Origin: Octopus bimaculoides
Taxonomy: Eukaryota
Assembly: GCF_001194135.2 (NCBI RefSeq)
Contig: NC_068988.1
Coordinates: forward strand, 84,254,938 to 84,318,937
DNA: 64,000 bases
Direction: 5' to 3'
Notes under the pieces: generated by a model
Database searches by the model: none
What the model was told of the DNA's origin: nothing
What the model saw: the letters and a program-made list of their open reading frames with translations, nothing else
Part shown: positions 26,966-40,674 of the stretch, piece by piece
How positions within the stretch are numbered: the first letter of the stretch is position 1
How the letters are laid out: the number at the start of each line of letters is the position of its first letter
Program-made: the position numbers and the translations under genes

Positions 26966-27712
26966 GTAAGTGTTTAACACTATTTACTATTTTGCTATAT
27001 TTTATACTTATATTCTGAGAGAATATGTATTCTGTTACTGCTAGATATACTATATTAACCATATAGAATGTGTGTTGTCTCAAGTTTAACCTACCTACCT
27101 TAAAAAAAAAGGAAGGATAGACTTGATAATGTTACCCCTAGATAAACTATATCTAAAAAATAAAGATGTATGGTATCAACTGGAGCACCTTTTAATAATA
27201 GGTCTGATGGATTAGGTCTAATCTATGGCTAAACAACAAATGTGTTGATGCTCAATATACGTAAAGTGGATGGATGGAGACATGATTTCTGCCAGTTTCA
27301 ATGACGAGGATTCAATTGTTTGGACCAAAATGTACATTGAATTAACATGTAAGTGGTTGAGCATTCTACGGACAAATGTACACTCAATGTGATTCCCAAG
27401 CATAGTCAACATGCCACAGTGTGACATGGCTGTACCTTTATATGACTGATATGATTCATCCAGTGGGCTTCTATGCAGTTTCCATCTACCCGGCTTCATT
27501 CACAAGTTATGGGTCAACTTGAAGCTATAAAACAATTACAGTTGTCCTAGGTGCCATGGGGGCTGCATAGTTGTGAAGCAAACTTTTTAACCATTCAGCC
27601 ATCATACTGCAACTTAAGGTTAAGCAGTACTAGAATGCCATCTAACATGGTGCTCTTTCTCTCTGTCTGTGTGTCTCATATGTTAACTTTTATTTTTGTT
27701 TACATTATCCAG

Positions 27713-27800
27713 GTTTGAACTCCGGGTACGTTATATGCCTGATTCCTACAAAACTCTCCAGCTGAAGGATAAAGTGACATTCGACTACCTCTATGATCAG
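27713..27800 (+). CDS. PTK2: FAK exon C (FERM F1/F2 boundary)
   Basis: TCCAG acceptor, CAG|GTATGT donor, 88 nt, phase 2-0. (R)FELRVRYMPDSYKTLQLKDKVTFDYLYDQ resembles human [29 protein letters not shown]. Confidence 0.95.
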
Positions 27801-30800
27801 GTATGTTACTCTTCTACTCTTTCCAACCACTGCACTGTGATGTCACGCTTGCCTTATAATATCACTTCTTCCAAATTATGAGAAAGTACAAGATTAGCTG
27901 CTATTTCTGGTTTTTCTGTAGCTCCAAATCAATGGAAAATCAATCTGAACCTTGATTAAAAGTCCTGATAATCATGACAAGCTCTTTTTTCTTCTCTCGG
28001 GAAGAATTAGACTTGACTCTTTATGGTTACAAGGTTACTTCTGTTCTTACACTTTACAGCAGTATTTTGTCTTACATAATACAGCTACACATAGTTAGGC
28101 ATACCATATGTCTCATAATACATCTACCTACAGCTGGATGCACTATATCTTCCATAGAACTATGTTTCATAGTTCACTACTTTCAACTAAATGTACTACA
28201 TGTCTCACAGTACACCTGACAATTAGGTGTACAATATGTCTCATAGTACACCAACCTACAGCTAGGTGCATTATATACCTCATAGTACACTATCTACATC
28301 TCATATATAGTACACATACCTGCACCTATTTTCACATCTGCTTTCCATGCAGGTATAGGCTGGAAATCAGAAGACCATATCTTGCTCAGAAGTTATATTT
28401 TGGTAATGATGCCTTGCTTAACACTGACCACTTTATAGAGTATACTTGGGTATATTTTATTGCAGCTCCAATACCATTAACAATTTTAAGCTAAAACTTC
28501 CTCTTGACTCCGTGTTATTCCTGGTGTAGAATATATGAATATGTTATTTTCTTTAGTGATAATTGTATTGAGTTGTATTGCGTGTTGTGCAGAGAGAATA
28601 CTGTGTGGATTGTGCTATTAAACCAAAGATATTTTACTTAGGAAGTGGGTCCTGCCCAACAGGTTTTGTTTTGAATTATCACTTGTGAAACCTGGTGTGG
28701 TTTTTATATTACTACTTTTTTTTTTATCTTACTTAAGAGTTTGATTATTATTGGCATTGTTTTCACTTTAATACTCCACAATATCGTCATCATTTAATGT
28801 CTGTTTTCCCTGCTGGCATAGGTTCAATAGGAGCAGGTAAGCCATGCTCTACTGTCTGCTTTGGCATGGTTTTTATGCCAAACTGGGTGCATTTTATGTG
28901 GCACCACCACCAGTGAGGCCACCAAGTAACTTGCAAGATAAATCCCTCAACTGAGAAGGGTATTGAGTCAGACTCTAACCGCTCATCACTTGGCACAAAA
29001 GCAGGTGATGAGAGGTGAGAGAGATGGTGGCAATGTGCCAGGGCATTACCTCAAAGTACAAGAATGTGAATATAAATATAATGGTTAAGGATTGCCAAGG
29101 GTGCTTGAGCAGGGAGTTCACAATAGTGCAAAGGGAAAAAGGAGAGAAAAAGTGCATTGAGTGGTACAGTTGGCAAGGAGAGAACAGTAGAGAGAGATGA
29201 CAGAGCAATGTTGGGCTGCAGGAGTGGAGAGGGAGAGATAAGCATAGTGCATGAAAGAGATGTAGTTTGGTTCATTGGGGTTGGGTGTGTGAATTAATGT
29301 TACATTTAAGTGGAGTACCACACCACTTTCAGATCTTTGGTTTCATTGAAATGGGTAGTTCTCATAATCCTTGTATTTTGATTGTTTCTCAACTTACTTC
29401 TAAATGATGTTTTGGTCAGAAGGAATTGGACTATGGAGATTTTCATTCCCGTTCTTGACAATTATTTCTATATGGATTACCTTCATCGCTTTGTTGGAGA
29501 AATGATTGTGACCAAGTCATTGTCCTGTACTTTGTTGGGTATATCATTATAATTATCACTTCTTAACTGTTCTTACATTAAAGTGTTGATATATTGCCCA
29601 GTAGACATAGATAACCGTTAAATCATATGTGCATATAATCAGACTTTGTAAAGACCAAATCCTTGTGAGTGGATTTGGTAGACAGAAACTGAAAGTGTTT
29701 CTGTCTCCTTGCCTTGACATCACATGATAATTGTAAATAAGTGTCACTCTCATGCAAGTGATGTCTTCTGTTTCCAGTCTTACATGAAAACATGTCTGGT
29801 CATGGGGGAAATGTTATACTTGGAAACAGGAGGGTTGGTGACAGGAAGGATATCCCATTGTAGTAAATCTGCCTCAACAAATACCATCTAACCCATGTGA
29901 GCATGAAAAAGGGGACATTAAAATGATGATTAAAACCATTTTTGTGTCCATTTCCCCATCTTTTTCCCTCTGTAAAGTAGTAATGGGAAAATGGCCTGTT
30001 TCCATGAACTTTGCAGGCTGATTCTCCCAGATAGCCTGAATATTAGTTTCAAATTTTGGCACAATGACAGCAGTTTTGTGGCAGGGGCCCAAGTCATTTA
30101 AATCAACCCCAGTGCTCAACTGGTACTTATTTTATCAACCCCCAAAAGGATGAAAAGCAAAATAAACTTCAGTGGAATTTGAGCTCAGAATGTAGTGGCA
30201 GATGAAATGCTGCTAAGCATCTTGGCCAGCGTGTTAACGATTCTGCCAGTTTGCCACCTTAGATAGCCTGAATATAAAAAACACAATGCAATGGTTCTTG
30301 TGGTAAGCTTTAAACTTATGACCATGTCATAACAGTAGTTCAGTATCCTAACCTCACAATCATTGATTCACTAGAATTTGAAATGACCAGTTGTGGTCTT
30401 TATCTGCTACAGACAACATTTAAGGAATAAATAAAAGCAACATTTAGGGTATAGTCATCACAAAGAAAGAAGATAATTTGTTTTTGGATAGCTCTTCATA
30501 TGGTTGATTACCAAACCTTCCCTCCTCATCAGCACACTACTACCGTAACTCACTGACTTGGTGTATCATCTCACCATTTCAACTTTCGAATATAACAAAG
30601 GTACCTACTTCTCTGAAGGAAAGCCATCTGAATAATTAGTAAGCCTTCACTCTTCTTCCAACACTAACTATCAGCCCACTAACAACTAACTTCTCTCTCT
30701 CTCTCTGTTTCTACTACAACCACCACAATTCTCCCTGTTTCACCATATTGAACCAAAGGCTGTCAGAAATCTCTACAACTAGTAGACCAGACAGTATCCA

Positions 30801-33174
30801 CTAACCTCCTCTTCTACTACTACTAAAAACAATTAGAACTAGTGTCCACCAGATAAGCTCACTTGACAGATCTGCTTCTTATCCCATTACTATCCTCACA
30901 AAACCTCTGTGCCATACACTTTACCAAATATTTTTACCTAAAGCTTTAAAGCATTGGAAGTATCACCATTACATATTTATTACTTGAAGCTTCTTGGTGG
31001 TTACTTGACTTACTAAAAATAGCAGCTAAATTTCTCTCCTATTCTCTTGATAAAGAAGTGGATACACTGGATAAGGTAATCTTAGATACATTATTCTTCT
31101 CATAAAAGGATGAGATGTTTATGGCTGTAACAACTTAAATCACAGATCTGCTTAATCAGGTCCAATCTAGGACTGGAATATAACAACCTGCAGCTGTTTG
31201 AGCTGAATATCAAATATATTGACCCCACCAGTCTGGAAAGAGAGTGCAAAGATAATAAGGCCCTGTATTCTCCTTGAATGAGAATTAGAAAAGTCAATCT
31301 CCAACTAAGGATTTTGCTTGAAATTATTATATAACTCCTCTTCTCATGGCAAACTTAACCCCAATTAAATTTTTTTTACTCATCAAATATTTTTGACACC
31401 ATCCTGAGCCTGAGTGTGAGAAATTGACTGACAGCCAACAGTGTTTGTTGGGGAAGGGCAGGTAGTTTAGTGATTTATTACACAAGATATCTTGTAGGAT
31501 TGGAGAGTAGGGCATGAGGAAGAAGGGGTTACTTGTATGACTAAAAGTTTTTTCCTGGGTGAGTCATTTACAGAAAGAAAGCCTTACAAAGGTCTGACTC
31601 AGTTATCTCCCTTTGTGTGTGTACACATGTGTGTATTGTGTAATATGTATGTATGTATGTATGACTGTGCATGGATATATTACTGCCATACGTATTACCA
31701 CTGCTGCTTTTCTCTCTCTCCTTGGGGTGGGGAGTAAGTACACAAGAGCAGGTGTGACTCACAAAAATATCAGCTGGTTGGTTTAATGATTAGGTCCTGT
31801 GTTGTGTGTTTTGTTTCCATATGCCTTACAGCTGAGAGTGGTTGCAAGTGGATCTGGTCACATCGTCCTTTTTTATCAGTAATAATGTACACACACTTAT
31901 ATTTGTACACACGTATTTGAGTGCAGACATGCACGCACTTACACACATGAACACATTTCTCATCCATTCATTCATGCTTCCATATGCACATGTTCAACAT
32001 GTTTACACTTCCTCATATACATATTTTCCCTTACACAACTTGGCCATACACACATATACTTTATCCCTGTGTGTGTGTGCGCGCACACATACACACTTTC
32101 ATGTATACATTTTAATTCATTCATGCGCGTAGGCACATGTTTCTACTGTCTCTCTCTGGTTCTCTCACAGATACAGTTTCTCATATATAAACACACCCTG
32201 TACCAGACCAACAGAATAGCTGTAAACTAGTTCACCAACTTCCCAGTTCATTAAATATAATTGATTTCCTACACAACATTTACACTGGGGAGAGGTACAG
32301 CATTCATGTCTTTGACTTTTATATGATGTAATAGAATGATAATTAGATGTAGATAAGTAGATAAACAAACACACATGTTTGTAGATAGATACACAGATAG
32401 GTAGGTAGATGGCTACATAGGTGAGCGAATGATGACACATAAAAATAGACACACATACACAGACAAAAACACTAACGGCTATGACTCAGTGGTCTGTGGG
32501 CACAACTTTTGAACACAGTCAACTTAGATTAATATCATTATGGCTATATTCTACCCTATTGGCTCATTATTAAGTTTATGAGCCTAATATATTTAATTAC
32601 CATTCTAACATGATATTTGGAATGACTGCCATCTCAGCCATGCCTCTGATCTAAAGCAAAAAACATCAACAAACTTGTGCTTGGCTGGCTTTAACCGATC
32701 ACAATAAGTTCCTTTGGTAGCTAAGCTTCCCCTCCACTTACATCATGGAAACAAGCCTCTTTCCCAGCTGCTTCAGACTGCTACTCTAAACCTCCTCTCC
32801 TCTGTCTACATTGCAGAAACAATCTTTTATTCCCAACAACCTTAGAGAGCTTCCATGGTAACTAAACTCTTTCGCTGCATTATGAAGAAGCTTTGCTTCT
32901 CGGCTATAGTGAAGATGAGTAGTATATAAGGGTTCTGGTCTAATAGCATGAGCATGTGAACTCCACGATTTGAAGAAAATGCAACCCTTCTAGAATGATA
33001 TTAATCATTAGAAAATAAAGTGATTGAAGGAAGTGGATAGCACCCAAGAAAGATGCCACCGTAAGCTTCCATGTGATAGTTGTAATTAAGTTCCCCATTC
33101 TTGTATCATAGCAGCAACTGTTATTCTCAACAGCTTTAGACACTACTATGAGTCCCTTTGGTAGTTGATTCTAT

Positions 33175-34540
33175 CCCCCTCCCTTACAGTCATGGAGAAG
33201 CCTTCTAAGGTCTAAGGAAGGTGGCTGGTCCATCTAGAATGGTGAGAACTCTGAATAAACCTCTCATCACAATGATGGCTTGGTTTTGTGAATGAAGGAA
33301 AATTCTTGATGAGGGTTGTCCACATTGATTGCAGGTTCATTGAGGTGCTGTGGACTCCAATGCAAGACAGGCAGGCCTGTCTGCGAGGAAGATTCTCTTC
33401 TGGGTTTGGTACTACTGTGTTATTGCTTTTCCTCAAACATCTCTTTCCATCAAGGTCATGCCGGCATGCATTCTCAGTTGAGAATAACTGGTGAATGGTG
33501 TCTCTCCAGGCTTTGAATTGGAAGTTCAAGTAGATCACTAGCAATGATCAATGTGAATGTCACCAAGAGATTTTTTCAGAGAGTTCTTAGATATTTTTTC
33601 TTCTTTTCTTTGGTGCCTTTCTGTTACAATGACCAGTAGGGAGTTTTCCATAGAACTCAATCTTAAACAGGCAATGATTCTTCTTACTCTGCCCAGTACA
33701 GCTTCAACTTCATCAATGTGACCTTCATGCTGGTGACTTCCATCTGCTTTAATGATTTTAATATTGATAGCAAAGTTATTTGGACAGAGAATGAGGATAG
33801 TACAAAAACAGTGATTATGGAAGTGCTCTAGGAGCCGGATATGGTAATTGGGTAACTTACAACTTAGAGCCTTATAGGAGGGTGATCAGTATACAGGCTT
33901 TATACACAATGATCGTTTGTACAATCCTTCAGTTACTTGCAGTTCCAGACCCTTCTAGTACAGTCAACTGCTCTTTGCTTTGACCAGTCTGTTATTAATA
34001 TCTTTGTTGATCATGCACCTGCATCTAACAAGATGATGCACCCCAGGTAGCTCAACTGGTGGACTGTCTTCAACTCTGTTTCACTGATGGTGATGTAAAG
34101 GGAGTTGTGGGCTGGTGGAAAACTTCTGTCTTCTTCACAGTGACAAAAATTCAGCAACTTCTGTGTAACAAACACAGCACCAGTGACATAAAGCAGCTCC
34201 TGAATGGGTTTTTCTATTATCTTGGTATGGAATTGTGGTTGCCTCAAGTTGAATAGTTGCCATCAAACAGCATCAGATGTAGAGACCACTTGCCTCATTA
34301 AGGTCTTCTGTTACATGTTGAACTGGGCATTAGGCTTGCAGTATTCAGAAAAGGTTATGTCCTCATTATATGAAGGAGACTTGAACTCTCTAAGCTTCAG
34401 TAAAAGCAATTTGTCAACAAGAGCAGTAAGACTAATAAAACTGCAACTTGCTACAGACAACTTCTCTGTTACTGATGTAATGATAAAATACACACACTTC
34501 ATGTTGCAAAGAGGTTCGTATTAAGAAGTGCATCCAACTG
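33175..34540 (-). mobile_element. RTE-clade (BovB-like) LINE, 5'-truncated and degraded
   Basis: Minus-strand fragments DGNYSTLRQ-type LFNLR region, IEKPIQELLY (about LIRELLFADD), QLSYLGCII, KDINNRLVKA, and a C-terminal CLSCIGVHS zinc-knuckle remnant. Confidence 0.75.
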
Positions 34541-35982
34541 TAAAATCTATGTCACAAAACATGACTTGCACAGCTGCAAGAATTGGTGACTTTTTTTATT
34601 CTACTGTTGTGTGCCAGATGACAAATGATTACTAAGACAAATGACAAATTGCTATGAGACCTGGTTATTTCATACTAGCATGGGGAAATGAATTTGAAAT
34701 ATTCAGCATCTCTCTCTCTCTCTCTCAAACACATTTCTCCATTGTCATACACTAATGGTACAGGAAATCTGAATAAGTCAGATAGACAGATAACTTATTT
34801 GATTGCCAAATAGATATAACATTACAAAAGTATAATATACCTGGAGTTGCCTGTTGATAAAATGGTGGGAACGGGTTGGTATTTTTGTAGAGAAGACAAA
34901 CAAAAAATTAATAACTTGTTTGTGTGTATATCCATACTCACAGTCACTCACTCTTAGAAAAGCACACATACACATCAAGGTGTAAAAATTGCTCAATCAA
35001 TAATATGTATATACAGGTGTAGTCCTCCTCCACTTACTTTAACCTCTCTTCTCCTACTCCCATCTCTGATTTGATTATTATTTATTTCCCCAGTATTTCA
35101 GGGATAGTGGCTTACACAGATAAATTATACTTATAAAATTCTACCACATTATCTACATGTATGCACACATGTATATAAGTATGAACATGTAGCAAAACTA
35201 CACATGTATAGTTCCATTACATTTACATACGTGCACAAACATAGCTCTGCTACACATATAAACATACATAAATCTAATAATATATATGTCTTTTACATAT
35301 AAAAATGCAAACATATCCAATTATATATAGCCAAGTAGCTCTACTGAATGAATACATATACACAAATAGCATGACTACATATACATACACAGCTCTACTG
35401 CATTAGTTTAGTTTGTTTACATACCCATAACTTAGCAGTTTGGCAGAAGAGACCAATGGAATTAGTACCAAACTTTAAAAAAAAAAATTAGTACTAGAAT
35501 GAATTTGTTTGAGTAAACTTTTCAAGGCAGTACCTTAGCATGCCTGAAGTCCTACAACAAAGGGAAAGATAAAAGATACATACACATCTCTACTGCATAT
35601 ATGTACATACTCAAATAACTCTACTACATACAGTATATATTACATATGTAGTTATACATCATAGATAGAATAGATCTCTATTACACACATACCTCTACTA
35701 TTTATATACTTGTTCTACTTCAGGGAAACTGGGGATGGTAGTCATAATGTTAGTATTCAGTTTCCTCCACTCCTTTCATCTATTATTATGGCATGTACAT
35801 AACATACATTTATATATGATGGATTTCTGTTGGTTTACACTGACTGAGTCACTACTTTTCCAATTATTTCAAAAGTGTAACAACTACCTACACTTGGTAT
35901 GTATAAGGGGCTGAGTTGCCCACAGACACTTTAACCCTTAACATAATCCTCAGTGTGACAAGGCTGCAACCTTTGAATCATA

Positions 35983-36595
35983 TATGAAGGGAAGTCAAGA
36001 ATTATCCGCACTTTTGCCATAACATTTCTTTATTATTGTCACACTGGCTTCTGCACATGCGTGCTTATAGTTGGTACTATTGTGGTCACATGATCGAAGT
36101 TGGAGCCTGATCATGCCATTTTTCTTTGCAACTTTACAGTGTAAGCATGGCTGCTCCACAAGCAATGTGTACCAAAGAAGAACAAAGAGCAGTGATCCAA
36201 TTTCTCTGGTCGGAAGTGTGTCAGGTGCTGAAATTCATCGGAAGCTTTTAGTGTAGAGGTGTGCATGAGTGGGTCAAAAAGTTTAAAAGTGGCCAGACAT
36301 GCATGATGCATGAAGAGGGAGCAGGATGCCCATCACCCTCCACCACTGATGAGAAGATTGAGTAAGCTTGAGAGATGGTAATGATGAACCAGTTCACCAT
36401 TGCTATCTCTCGGTCCACTGCTCTGTGTTCTTCTTTGGTGCATATTGCTAGTGAAGGAGCCATGTTTACACTGTAAAGCCAGAAAGAAAAATGGTGCCAT
36501 CAGGCTTAAAGATCACTCGTGTGATCACAATAATACTAACTATAAGCACACATGCACAGAAGGCGAAAGTGCAGATAATTTGACTTCTCCTCGTT
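35983..36595. mobile_element. Mariner-derived fold-back element made of two inverted 5' ends
   Basis: Left arm about 35983-36198 and right arm about 36412-36595 are reverse complements. Termini TATGAAGGGAAGTCAA and TTGACTTCTCCTCGT. Both arms encode the transposase start (MAAPQAMCTKEEQRAVIQFLWSE and MAPSLAICTKEEHRAV). Confidence 0.85.
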
Positions 36596-36664
36596 GACTG
36601 CATAAAGGTAAAGCTGCTGTTGATGAAGTCCTTCAACAAATTTCATGGTGAATTTGTTAGATAA

Positions 36665-38620
36665 CACTGGTCAACAAAATTAAGTGTATTATACTCATTA
36701 TGAATGCAAACCAACTTTTTTATAATAACTTTTCATGCTGATTTCAAAATTTCACTCCATTTGTATGCAGCATGTGTAAGTTTTTCAGTAGATACATGCA
36801 AATATTCACATATTTGTATATATGAAACCATTAATGTAATAAATAAGGACATATTATTCTTAGAAAGTAAATGAGTTTGAGTTAAAAAAACATCATTATC
36901 ATTCTACAAAGAATGAATACACAAAAATGGGTCAGACTAAACAGGCAAAGTTAGAACAACAGAGTTAGAAATATTGTGATTTGGATTTCCTGCAGTGTTC
37001 CTGATCTGGTTGATCATGGTAAAGTGTGCAGTAGTAGTCAGCCAGCACACTGTCATTCCAGAAGCCTTGCTACCGTTTCTCCATAACACTAATGTCCTCC
37101 TGAAATCTTTCACTATGTTCATCAGACACTGCTCTAAGGTCATCTGTGAAGAAATCCAGATGGAAGCCCAAGAAGTGAACTTTCAGTGACATGCGACAGC
37201 CCATTGCTGAGTAACATTTCATAAGATTCTTGAAGCTATCTTTGTAGTCCATTGCCTTCTTGTTACCCCAAAAATTCTCACAGATCAAATTGAAAGCATT
37301 CCAGACAGGCAGTTCTAGTTTATCCAGTATTGTCTTGAAGTTGACATTTTTGAGTACTTCTCTAATTTGGAGTCCAACAAAGATACCCTGTTTCAACTTC
37401 GCCTGTGTGATTTTGGGAAACTTTTCTACAATATACTCAAACCCTCTGGCATTTCTCATCCCTAGCGTTTTTACAAACTGTTTCATCAGTCCAAGCTTTA
37501 TGTGCCAAGATGGCAATAGGACAGTACATGGATTTACAAGAGGTTTATTCTTGACGCAGGACAGTCCTGGCTGGTATGATGTTCTTGTCTGCCAGTTTGA
37601 TTCCGAATAATGTCTGTCAGTTGCCTGACTATCCCATAGACACAAGAAACAGTATTTTGTAGAACCACATTTCTCTGCTGAAAATAAGTTATATGAACAC
37701 CATGCTCTAGCAGATACTTCTCCTTCAGTCTTGATGCCAAAAGTTCTGCTTTATCTTTTGAGAGGGGTAGGTCTCTGACAAGGTCATTCACTTCAGCTTG
37801 GGAAAATTTCTGAGTTTCAAAGCTATCGTCATCAGCCACATAATCTTCCTCAGCAGCACTATCGTGACAGTCAGCATCATCATCTGATGCTTCAACACCA
37901 TGATCTGGTGAAACTGGAATTGGCAGACTTCCATTGTGAGGCACAGGCCTCATTGCAGAATCCAAATTGAGATACACAATTTTGTGTTTATTCTTCATAG
38001 AAAATCCTGTGACATTTACTTTGCAAAAATAAGTCATCAAAATGGTCTTTCAGCTCCTTCCATATCATTGGAATGGCAAAAGGCATGGACTTCTTATTGA
38101 ACCAGTCACATAAGCCATTTGAGCAAGCTGAGCAGATAAAATGTGGCGCCCATAACTTGTCCTGATCTCCAAGAAACAGTCAATGTATAGCTTATAAGTC
38201 TTGATCTCTGGTGGTGTTGTATGTTTTTGAGCTTTCACAAATTGTCCACAGACATAAAAAAAACACATCAGGATGATTTCTACACTATCTTAACATTGTT
38301 AACACTGTAAAACAAATAAAGAAATAGATACAAACGGTTATACTTATATTGAATTTGAGATGATGAAATACCTATTTCATCAGACAAAACCTGATTGGTT
38401 AATTTAAGATGATGGAATATTGCAGCAATGAATAATGTAGTTTATTTTAAAGGTATGTTTCCATGATGTAAATGAAATACATGCATACATGTCATTAATT
38501 GGAATTTCTATATAATGCATGAGTTAAGACCAAAACACTTTCTCATTTTGAAAACTGTACTTGATGTCAAAAAACTAATTGTATATTTGAAATCAGCATT
38601 AAAAACTTAGAGCAAATTTT
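36665..38620 (-). mobile_element. Chapaev3-like (CMC superfamily) DNA transposon, degraded
   Basis: Left terminus TAA|CACTGGTCAACAAAAT. Subterminal inverted motif ATGCTGATTTCAAA near 36736 and TTTGAAATCAGCAT near 38586. Minus-strand fragments FFYVCGQF, DSAMRPVPH, FSQAEVNDLVRDL, HIKLGLMKQFVK, GIFVGLQIR, SLKVHFL and VSDEHSERFQEDI. The right TIR is not clearly preserved. The family name is from recognition, not a search. Confidence 0.7.
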
Positions 38621-39181
38621 GTCCAACTCCTGCAAGCATACAAAAGTGAATATTAAAACAATGATGATGACATAAATTACAAGAAAACTTAGAAATTATT
38701 TTTTCTTGTAAAATTCTTCCTGTTTTGGAAAGATCTAGAAAAAAGGATAATAGGAATCTATTTGTTAAGAATGTAATTAATTTGAAGAACTGAACGTATA
38801 CTCAAAGTATACTTTTAAGCATAATGTCTGTGACGTTAAGGAAGTAAACTACTGACCAACCACACAGTCATATGTTCAGACCTCATCTGGGCAAGTCATT
38901 GTGTTGTACTCTTGAGCAAGAGCTTCAGTTAACCTTATTGGACTTGGACAAAATAAGGAAAGATATGGGCATAAGTAAATCCAAAGACCCTGTTTTTTTG
39001 TAACATGACAATTATAATAATAATTTCTGTTACAAAGCCACAAGGTGTTATTAATTAAAATTACTCTAATATTGGAAAGGTATGTATTTTATTGATCCTG
39101 GAGGGAAGACAATGTCTAACATGGCAGGATAAACTAAAATACCATAAGGCTTAGCTGATAACTGTTTGATATTTATTAATT

Positions 39182-39390
39182 TCATTCATCATCATCATCA
39201 TCATCATCGTTTAACGTCCGCTTTCCATGCTAGCATGGGTTGGACGATTTGACTGAGGACTGGTGAAACCGGATGGCAACACCAGCTTCCAATCTGATTT
39301 GGTAGTTTCTACAGCTGGATGCCCTTCTTAATGCCAACCACTCAGAGAGTGTAGTGGGTGCTTTTACGTGTCACCCGCACGAAGGCCAGT
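39182..39390 (-). mobile_element. RTE LINE 3' tail copy
   Basis: (CAT)n followed by CGTTTAACGTCCGCTTTCCATGCTAGCATGGG..., nearly identical to 63409-63590. Older copies of this tail occur near 2290-2480, 8400-8640, 18330-18790, 29640-29940, 42180-42385, 47560-47860 and 51050-51490. Confidence 0.8.
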
Positions 39391-39399
39391 CTAGCTTTG

Positions 39400-39605
39400 T
39401 GTTGACTCAAACCACTTGATCCCTTGGTTAGTGTCTGACAGCATGTTGACTCGAGTCAGTAATTGGTAATATGTTGACTCAAACCAATTGATTTCTTGGT
39501 CAGTATCTGCCATCATATTGACTCGAGCCAGTTGATCTCTTGGTCACTGTTTTGCATTATGTTGACTCAAGCAAATTGATTTTTTGATCAGTATCTAGTG
39601 TTATG
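39400..39605. repeat. Degenerate 44-bp minisatellite containing TGACTC(A/G)
   Basis: TGACTC at 39403, 39447, 39475, 39519 and 39563 (spacing 44/28/44/44), with the shared downstream motif TTGATxxxTTGGTCAG. Confidence 0.85.
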
Positions 39606-39674
39606 TTAATAAAGTCAATAGTGATTGTGTTGGTTGAGTGAACTGTTTAAAATATCTGTTATTTAACTTTACAG

Positions 39675-39754
39675 GTTCGGAATGACTACATGCTCGATGT
39701 GGCAGAACATGTTGACCATGATGTTGCTATTCGACTTGGTTGTATTGAAATGAG
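39675..39754 (+). CDS. PTK2: FAK exon D (FERM F2)
   Basis: TTTACAG acceptor, AG|GTAAGA donor, 80 nt, phase 0-2. VRNDYMLDVAEHVDHDVAIRLGCIEM(R) resembles human [27 protein letters not shown]. Absent from the ORF track because it is short. Confidence 0.95.
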
Positions 39755-40384
39755 GTAAGAGCTCAATAAACTATTTTTTCATCTTATATGCATCTCTCCA
39801 TTTGATATGCTTCTATAACAAAGCTCAAGGTAATTGAGTGATTTACTGAACATTGGCCGATCTGCTACTCTGAGCCATGCAGAATTTTTGCTTTGTTCAT
39901 TGGAATTATGTCATTTCTTCTCAAATGACCAGATTTGTATAATTTTCAGTCTCAAATTTTACATTATTGTAAAAAATAATTAAAAAAAAAAAAAGGAATA
40001 TTCAAAATAGTGCTCACTCAAACTACCAGAAACAGCTGTCTATTCTCCTTCAAATCTCACTCCCAACATCTACTCGTAAATAAAAGCATACATTGAAAAA
40101 TGTCAGGTTGTTATGTATGAAATGTCTCTTCTTTTCTTGCATCATGATAAATGATACTAATTATTTTATAGATTCAATTCAAATAACATCAGTTATTTTT
40201 ATTGGACATTATTTCACTCCTATCAGCAGTAGTGCCTACCCAGGAACTAATTTTCAAGTATGAATTTAAATTAGAGCACAGCACTGCTGAAACAACTGTT
40301 AACATCAACACATTATTTAGAGAAAACTTTAGCCATGTAAATTGTTCAGCATTGGTTTAGTGGGCTTTAACTTGTAAATAATAC

Positions 40385-40424
<40 letters not shown>

Positions 40425-40674
40425 TTCAACTTGGGATCAAGTCCAGCAATTTTAGAGGAGGGGTAAGTTGATTACACCAACTGGTACTTATTTTATTAAC
40501 CCCAAAAGGATGAAAGGCAAACTTGACCTTGGTGGAATTTGAACTCAGAATGTAAAGATGGATGAAATGCTGCTAAGCATTTTACCCAATGTGCTAACGA
40601 TATTCTAGCTCACTGCATATCATATGGAGAGATGTATATAAGATGAAAAAATAGTTTATTGATGATGGTGATGG

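Noticed and set aside
39400-39605. CRISPR-like array (also 55201-55309)
   Set aside because: Eukaryotic intron, degenerate tandem units, no unique spacers, no cas genes.
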